DNA from: Eledone cirrhosa
Lineage: Eukaryota
Reading direction: 5' to 3'
NCBI GenBank assembly: GCA_964016885.1
Contig: OZ024745.1
Location: 66,526,001 to 66,590,000, forward strand
DNA length: 64,000 nt
Shown here: positions 55,202 through 64,000 of the stretch, piece by piece
Layout: every line of letters begins with the position of its first letter
Numbering within the stretch: the stretch's first letter is position 1
Position numbers and translations under genes: made by a program
Notes under the pieces: generated by a model
What the model saw: the letters and a program-made list of their open reading frames with translations, nothing else
Database searches by the model: none
Told to the model about the DNA's origin: nothing

Positions 55202-55295
55202 TGTAATAAACAACATAAAACAATTATTCCATTTACCAAGACAGACGAGCTCCACATAGACGTCTGAAATCGCTCATCAGAATGAAATTTTATTT
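55197..55295 (-). mobile_element. Decayed copy of the pLTR/hammerhead family seen at 40258
   Basis: TTCATT-CTGATGA...TGG-TA-AATGGAATAATT...TTTATTACATAACTA aligns with 40258-40348; GAAA lost. Confidence 0.6.
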
Positions 55296-55413
55296 GATAT
55301 GGATGTAAGATATGAATTTAAAAACAAAGGCTAACACAATTGAAAGAGAGGCTGATATATAATATTAAAAAAAATTAAATAACGGGAAAAAATAGAACGT
55401 AATGTAATGGGGT

Positions 55414-55503
<90 letters not shown>

Positions 55504-56257
55504 CACGGCATTGATAGAAATCAGAGAAAGACGGTTTATCACTTGAATAAAAAAAAGAAAATATACGAAAATCGGACGTAAAGTAATGATGAATACATTT
55601 ATAATGCGGCGATAAGGTTTCGATATCAACTATGAATTTATTCTTCACTTAAATGCTCCAGGAAACTTCCATAAATATTTAGATCTAATTCTTTCCCTAC
55701 ATGGTTTGATTCAATACTCATGCGTAAAATGGGACTTGGTCCTCACTAACATAACTCTCATTCAGCATTGTTTGCCTAGAAATAAATGGTGGGTAATTAA
55801 TCAACGTCAGTTGAACAAGTTGTGAATAAACGATGCGTAAATTATCTGACAATAAAAATATAGCTATTTGGCCACCATAGGTAATTTTGGCAAACGGTTA
55901 ATCTAATAAAGGTATTTATAAACCCAATTGCTAAAATCCGGCTTTCGATGTTGTAGCCGACGATATGTAATCTTTCCATCGGGTGTGATGATAGTCTACC
56001 GCTGGTAAGCTTCTCAGAAAAAAAAACATTACAAGAGATTTTTTAATTTAATGAATACAAAGTAATTCTCATTAAAGCAGTCCAACTTGAATATAAATAA
56101 CTATTAATTACTTTTCGAATGGTTTTCCTCGGTAAAATGCCGGTCATTTATTTAATGATAAATTGTTATATATTTACGCATTTCGGTATATCCTTATTCA
56201 TTTGCAGGTTTAATATATTGAATAGTCGCATTTAATTACACGCACGCACGCACATAC

Positions 56258-56361
<104 letters not shown>

Positions 56362-56362
56362 G

Positions 56363-56402
<40 letters not shown>

Positions 56403-58089
56403 GAAAGAGAGAGAAAGAGAGAGAGAGTGTGTTTGTGCTGAGATTTTACAAATCGTATCCTTCCACAGTAGTCTTGTTTCTCTTTCTTGGAAAACTAATT
56501 ATGTGTCATTTAACGTATGTATATCATTGACAGAATCTATCTCTGATTAGAATTAACTCTAATGATGTTAGACGATTTTTCTGAATAATGTCCTTCTCTT
56601 CCTATATATTCCTACACATTAAGTACAAATAATGTACAAAATGAATTAACTATAATTTGTTCAAACGTTGCTTTACACAACTCATAGACAATTATATTCT
56701 TGAACTTACAAATTACAGGATATCAAAATATATTCAAACGACAAATGTCTAGACCGAAACACTTGCTCGAGAAATTTGGTTTTAGTTTGCGGCGAAACTG
56801 ATATTTAAAGGCTAAACATTTATTAAATTACTCCATCATATTGCCCTTCATTGTTTCTCTTACTAATCTATAAATTAAAGGAGACTAGTATAGAGGAACT
56901 GCTTTTTTATACTCTTTTCCACGTTTGTGGTGCAATCTTCTGAGCGGATTATTTAGAACGAAAACAATTTGATTTCTTAAATATTCATGAAATTACAGCG
57001 GGAAATATCTAAGGTTAAAACCAAGTTAATGAGGATATGTGATCAGCAAAATTATTTTTATTTAGATCTATTTAGGTACAATGTGACTAACTTATATTTT
57101 ATTTAGAAGGTCACATTGTATAAATATTTTGCTAAATAAATTATATGGGGTACGCTAACAAAAAGTCAGCAGTCCTAAATATTTTGTGCGGGTCTTACCT
57201 GGATATCATCATCGCAACTACCTGCATTCATTAACAACGACAATACATATTAGGTCATACGGCGTCAAAGATATTACTGGAAAAATAGTTGTTCTCCCAT
57301 TCTTTCTGATATGATTCACATTTTGCTTAGTCTAAGTGCGTTGTCTGGTCCTGAAAGCCTGCAATTGAGTTTAATACTGACGTAGAAGACGATATTAATG
57401 TTTTCGATGTGTGCTAGATTTATAGAGCGTAATAACGTGCAATCCAGCTCATTATATCATATGGTAGCTACATGTCTGCTCAGAAAATAGTATGTTATTA
57501 GACCTTTCCATCGTAAATAAAATGTATATTTGTATCGAATATTATACAGCTGATGGTTTGATCATATAAGGTACATTTGATTAGATGAGATGATTCGCAC
57601 ATAAATAATTGAAGGTTTGATATGGAGTTAACTTTATTCCAGTGTTCTACAGTGATATTTGTAGCCGCTATACAAAACAAAGCAGAATTCCTCTGGAAGT
57701 GGCGGGATATATATGTTGTTCATTCTACCAGATATTTCTCCATTCAATTCCTTTCACTAGCGAACTGATGCGCACAATTAGATAGACATACAATTTCTCT
57801 GGTTATTTGCGCGTTCGTATGTTTTAAGCACGTAGTCAAACCACAGAATCCTAATGCAGTTAATCAAGATGACTCTCATTTTGCTTCCCCAGTACTATAC
57901 TTCAGCAAATGCTCATTCTTCTATGCATGATATCACACAATTCTTACCAATACTAGAGAAATGAAATGTAATAATCAAGATTACCGCAGAGTATTTCTCT
58001 GCATATTATGCTACCTAGAAATGCCAAGTTTCCGCATATATATCTAAATTACTAAGAATTATGTAGCATTATATAAAAGCAATCGATAA

Positions 58090-58268
58090 GGCGGTGGATT
58101 GGCAGTATCAGTAGAACGTCGGACGCCATGCCTTGCAGCATAGAGTTACGCTCTTTACAGTCTGAGTGCAAATCTCGCCGAGGCTAACTTTGCTTTTCAT
58201 CCTTACGGGGTCGATAAAATGAAGTACCAGTAATGCACTGGTATAATTGCTAGCCTTGTGCCAAAAGT
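58090..58268 (+). mobile_element. SINE family A
   Basis: GGCGGTGGATTGGCAGTATC...CCTTACGGGGTCGATAAAAT...CCTTGTGCCAAAAGTA. Confidence 0.9.
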
Positions 58269-61218
58269 ACACAAAAGTATGTGAAGGCAATCGGTAAAAG
58301 GAGAATGGAATTGGCATTGTTGTAACATTTTGATCATAACACTACCCAATCGAGGCTGATTCAGGGCTACATATCAACTGTTGACACCCCATTCTTTATC
58401 CCATTCTTTATTATTTTGTATGGCATATTGTAATTGTTCTAATTCCTTTGTTGTAACTAATATGTATGTAATAGATAAGGAAACAGAGTAACAAAGAGAA
58501 AATGTATTAGGTTTATATTTTTCAGCTGATAGTGTTAGCTCCGTATTGCTTTGGTCGTTTCAGCCTTACATTTATAACTGATATATTTCTCTATAAAACA
58601 CAGGGATAATTTTCCCGAGGAAAGAAATAATAAATTATTCTTATCATTTTAAAATGAATTGGGCTATCATTGAACCTAAGTAACTGTTTTTACGTTTTAG
58701 TTTTCGTTAGTTATAGATTACTATCTTTATAAGTCTATATTTCTTTTCCCATGTCCTAATCTTTGAAAGATTTGGAATGTCAAATACCTTTAAAATACCT
58801 TCCAAAATTGTTTTATGTTTTGCATCACCAACGTTTTAATGATTCCAATATGTGGACATTTCTACCTGTTGCAATTACAAAGTTGTGGCTTCCTCTTAAA
58901 ATCATCGTACAACCAATTCCAAACAATTATCAAAACATGAACGATTGTTTCTTCCGAAATTGTTTTGCAAATTATATTAAATAACAGACACACCCGCTGA
59001 TTCACTTAGTGAATATTCCATTGCCGCTGTCTTCACCAATGACAACAAAAATGTCGTTATATCATCTTAGGCACTCTCATCAGCCATATCATTCACGTTA
59101 AATGAGCTATTGCGACGCAAGTAACGAGATTTTCAATATTATACATTATATAGTCATCACATATTTATCTATACATTTATCTTAGCCTTTTCAAACACAT
59201 CACTAATTCATTTCTTCATTTTGAATTAAAATATGAAAGTATATTAATATCATAACCCTTTTGAAGCTGCCTTTGAATATTAACCCGGCAATCACATGCA
59301 GTTATGTTTATATACGAACGCAGCTGATAATATTTCTACAGAATATTACTCTAACACACTTGATTTGATAATTGAAAATATTTGTAATTAATTTGATTAA
59401 GTTGTGATATATATATATCTTTATAAATAAATATCTATGTCATATTTATCCTTTAACTTTAGCTTTAGCACTGACGAATGGGTTAATTATTTCTATGAAA
59501 ACGAATTTGATTGGAGAAATTCGCCATTTTGCTGTGTACACTCAGTATCACTTACTAGTATTTGAGTTTGGCAATATTGAAGGGCTATAATTGCTCACTT
59601 ACATAGTATGTGTATAACTTTAATATATTGTTGAACAAGTTATTTATATCAGCAATCAGTTCCATGTTATAAAAAAATCTTAAAGATATTTTGATATTCA
59701 GCTCGCCTATGATACATAGCATTTTCATATATCCCGGTAAAACTTGCTTTTAGGGAGACCACACTATTTTCTTTATATAACCTTTAATCGTTGTTTAATT
59801 TGACGTTCTGCAATAATAAAGAAATATAATTAAAATGCATGATAATATGTAAAGAAGGAAATATATTTGAAAGCTTTATAGAGTTTCTTTTCTTGGTTTA
59901 GTGTGGACGATGGGAATGCGCTGTTGGCGTCTATAAAATCTCAGAATTTGGTGAAAGTTACATAATTAATCTTTTTCCCGAAGTGCTGCAAGTTAACAAC
60001 AGCATGAAAATTATATTTAGGCATTTAATTCCATGTGGATAATGTTCTGGGAAGACAAGACTATTTAGGTTAGATCCTATGAAATAGACATAATATATTG
60101 ATGAGAGAAGAGGTGATGCTTGAGTCACGAATGTCTGAGGGGGAGTTCAAGAGACCAGTCATTTCTGAGCAACAGAGGCTAATGTATTAACAGTAAATGT
60201 GGCAGAACAAGAACATAGCAGATGTGTTGGTTAGGTGTTGGCATGTCAATGATGGGAGATATTTTTGTATGTGGTAACACCACTGTCCCGGTGTGAGATG
60301 AATGTCAATTATATCCTCATTACTTTCCCAATTTCAATGCTACTTAGCTAGCTTACCAATGGGCCTCAGCGCGGCGGTTCAGGATTTTGGAAATATCATC
60401 ATATGATTTTCATATTGTACCTTACCTTCTTGAAGATAAAGGAAGAACACCTTTCGAACCGTAGTCTAAGATAAACCGAATGTGGAATTGCCATGTGCAT
60501 TTGATAATAGGTATTCTCAATTAGAAATCATCTGGTCTCTAAAAGTAAATATAACAGCAACAAAAACAACAGAAAAATATATATTAACGACAACAAGGTT
60601 AATGATGTTACATTTTGTTAAACAATTCTAGTGAATCCATGTCGTATTCATGGAAGAAATGTAACTAATCTGTATTTAGAAAAAGTCCAATATGCGTAAC
60701 AAATATACACTCTTCGTATGAATAGTACATAATATACGAATAAAATATTTCAAGTGCATTAATTAATGCCAAAGGGATATGTGTTTGTATTGGAAACAAA
60801 TTGTTTGCATATCTATTAAACCTTTTAAAAAGTGTTTGATATCTAATAATAAAAAAAGCATTTAATTTGAAAACGTTTCCTGCAAATTTATTTTTATCTT
60901 AATTTTAAATGATACATATCCTGTATCGCCTATGCTTCGTAAAAATACGAATCTGCACATGAAAGTGCTTTCTCCCCGGCGTAGGTCTGGGTATTGTTAT
61001 TTAATGGAGAACCATCAGTGTTAATGCAGGCATTACAATCCGAACGCTGGCAGACGAAACAGATACACTAACACATACGATAATCTACAAGTTCAAGAAT
61101 CCACCGCACTAAACTATTTCTTTATTTATAGACCATGAACGGATGGAAGGCAAAGTTGATCTTATTCTAACAATTTTACTAAATCACCGCTATACTAATA
61201 CATGCGCACAACACACAT

Positions 61219-61286
<68 letters not shown>

Positions 61287-61333
61287 CTAAATATATATAT
61301 ATATGTATATATGTATATATATATATATATATA

Positions 61334-61419
<86 letters not shown>

Positions 61420-62284
61420 TGTGCGTGTGGGTGGGAAATAGAAAGAGAAGACATATTAGCAATCAGTTTTACAAAGCCTTAAATGTTGAAAAAATTTATA
61501 ATCCGGAGATTAATCGGAATGCTTCATGACAAATTGACATCAACAACAAAGGAACACAGCAGCCGATCAATTTCTATTTGCTTTCATCTCGTCATGTGAG
61601 AAATATACTTGCGTCTATGCAGGAAAACACGTATCTATACAAAATCTAAGATATTCCCTTGAAATATATCTTCCCAGCTAAATATAGCTACAGTTTCCTA
61701 TAGAATTAGTTCTTTTTTTGGCCCGAATTGCCGGAGTCTTTATCATTCGATCTGACATAACCTCCTTAATGTCCGAGATAAAATGACTTGATAAAAATGT
61801 TTCATCGAATAGTTTCTGTCTGAGTAGAAAATATTCCAATAAATTGCTCTCCTATGATTCTTTTCACTTACCAAATATGATATACTTTATATTAAGTAAT
61901 ATCTGAATTCATTTCTGTGCGTTCTAATTATATTTACGTTGGCTATATTTCGATTAACAATTTAAAATCTTTTTTTCTTTATCAGTGATCGAAGCATTCT
62001 TGGCGTTTCTCAATTGTATAATGCGTCCTGTTGCAACGGATTGATTTTCTTATTGGTAATTGTCACAGTACAGCTAAAGATCAAAATCGCTCCCCGCTAT
62101 ATATTTTTTTATTTATGGACCCGTAATTTCTGATGGAGTTATAAAGGCACCATATGTCAATATGGCATTTTTGGAGGCATTCTTAAACCTGGCGGAGTCC
62201 ATCTCCTCTCCAGATATCAACAAAAATTTAGAGTGAGAAAAGGAAGTGAGAAATGAGAAAGAGATATAGAGGAAAAATCCTTGC

Positions 62285-62412
62285 GAGTACTAGACAGGTA
62301 CTTTTTTTATCGACCTCGAAAAGATGAAAAGCAAAACTGACCTCCGTGTGCCAGAACGAATACCGCAAAGCATTGTGCTCGAAGTTCTAACGACTATGCC
62401 AATCCACAGCCT
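62285..62412 (-). mobile_element. SINE family A, diverged and deleted copy
   Basis: Reverse complement of GGATTGGCATAGTCGTTAGA...GAGGTCAGTTTTGCTTTTCATC..GTCGATAAAAAAAGTACC. Confidence 0.7.
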
Positions 62413-64000
62413 TCTCCGATATTACATGTTCATCAAATAACATTTCATGGTTGTCTTTCATACCTTTCTTAAACAGAATTAATCATTAATATAATGATTT
62501 TATCACATCACTATATTTGTTATTTTACTTTATTATGATTCCCTAGCATACTATATTAAATACGTTAGTGACTACTTTGCTATTTGTTCTTTCTGCAGTG
62601 GGAAACTCTCTCTATCAGCCCTATTATTTCCCATATTGGTGTTTGATTTCACGAATATATTACCATATTGTCAATTATAAACTGCTTCGTGAAGGCTGTT
62701 TTATGTGACTAACATTCCTGCGAGAGTATAAGCGATCGTTAAATGGATATGGGATCAAACGTGATGCAATTATACATGGTCATTTAAATATTTTGGACTT
62801 TATTAGTTTATCCATCTTTCGAGTAATTAAATTCCTTAATCATCATAAAAATATGCAAATATTATTAGATCTCAGGATATGAACATTCGCTGAATTAATA
62901 TTTAAGATTTCGAATTTAATTACAGAATTTTCTCATACACAAGTGTTTAAATTGTGAGCGTCCGTTATCATGTTAACCGAGTCTTCACACTCTAATCTCC
63001 AGGTATATAACTGTATATTTACAGTTATATATTAACAGATCATATCGTTTTCATAGGAAATGGCGTACCAGGTAATTACAAGAAGAGTATGCATATAGCT
63101 GCATATAATCTGATATTTAAGGTTAAGAATTTCGCGTTACACCCACGGCATTCTAGGTTCAACCCAACTGCATGATACATGCAGGTGATTGATAATTTTA
63201 TGATTGGCTGGGCTGATGTCTGTCATTTTGGGTTGTTAGTATATTATAGATATGTACCACAAAATATAACGGCATAAACACTAAAGCAAAAACGAACTCC
63301 TCAATATAGAATATAACTTGGATCACAATTCCACACCACTTCCTACGTCACTCATAAAATCCACAAAGACGTCCTCTCAAACACCAAATTGATTAACTCC
63401 AGAAGAGATATTCTGAATCTATAAGCTTAATCTTGACGTCATCAGCGTTAATTTCAGAAGTACGACTGGAAGATGGAACCGACACAGAACCCCCTACATG
63501 CATCATGCTGGGCCTTGTGAAAGAGACAATAATTTCAAGGGTAGATTTATCCAGTTCGAACAATCCTTTATGGAAAAGAGCCGGGGAAAATTCAATTTAC
63601 TTCTCCCGTTTCATCTGCAAGCTTAATGGCTAGCAATACCATTCCCATCATAAGATGTACCCTAGACAGGGCACTACTTTACCGTCCCCCGAAGCACTAC
63701 TGGGAGCTTTGACTTAGCGAGGGGTTGCACATATCACAGCAATCTGCAACATCTATCAACAAAAAATTCAACCTACAATTGTGCTGTCACCTTATAAACA
63801 CCGTGGTAATCTAGCTAAAGCTTCCGTCACCAAACAAATCGCAAGAAGCAGCCTAGCTCCACCAAGCCTTCCGTATGTGCAGTGAGCATATCACTAACCC
63901 TTAAACCGGCATAGCAATACAACTTCTGCCTCCAGTGTATAGACCAGATAAACGTCTCTGAGTATCTTTATATCAGCCTCACACAAGCAGAGAATTAGCA

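Noticed and set aside
59465-59515. CTGACGA...GAAA with a weak stem II
   Set aside because: No stem I pairing and no second copy; likely chance or too decayed
63350-64000. Possible non-LTR RT C-terminal remnant (LDRALLYRPP)
   Set aside because: Too degenerate and cut by the window edge

Overview
AT-rich animal genomic DNA full of microsatellites. The SINE, RTE and mariner repertoire suggests an octopus or related cephalopod (inference). I found no intact host protein-coding gene, and most short ORFs are (TA)n/(CA)n artefacts. The window is mostly decayed transposons: RTE, Tx1/L1 and CR1/Jockey-like LINE pieces, about 20 tRNA-derived SINE copies, Tc1/mariner derivatives and at least three Penelope-like element (PLE) remnants encoding RT and/or GIY-YIG. 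The most notable signal is a dense cluster of type I hammerhead ribozyme (HHR) motifs between about 25 and 49 kb: 16 motifs from about 7 sequence families, read by eye. They occur in three settings: in PLE pseudo-LTRs, in long fold-back palindromes with one HHR per strand, and in non-coding tandem arrays (522 bp and about 430 bp units) with one HHR per monomer, resembling retrozymes or circRNA templates. The 430-bp array matches the HHR segment upstream of a nearby PLE remnant. All structures were folded manually, so activity and expression are untested.
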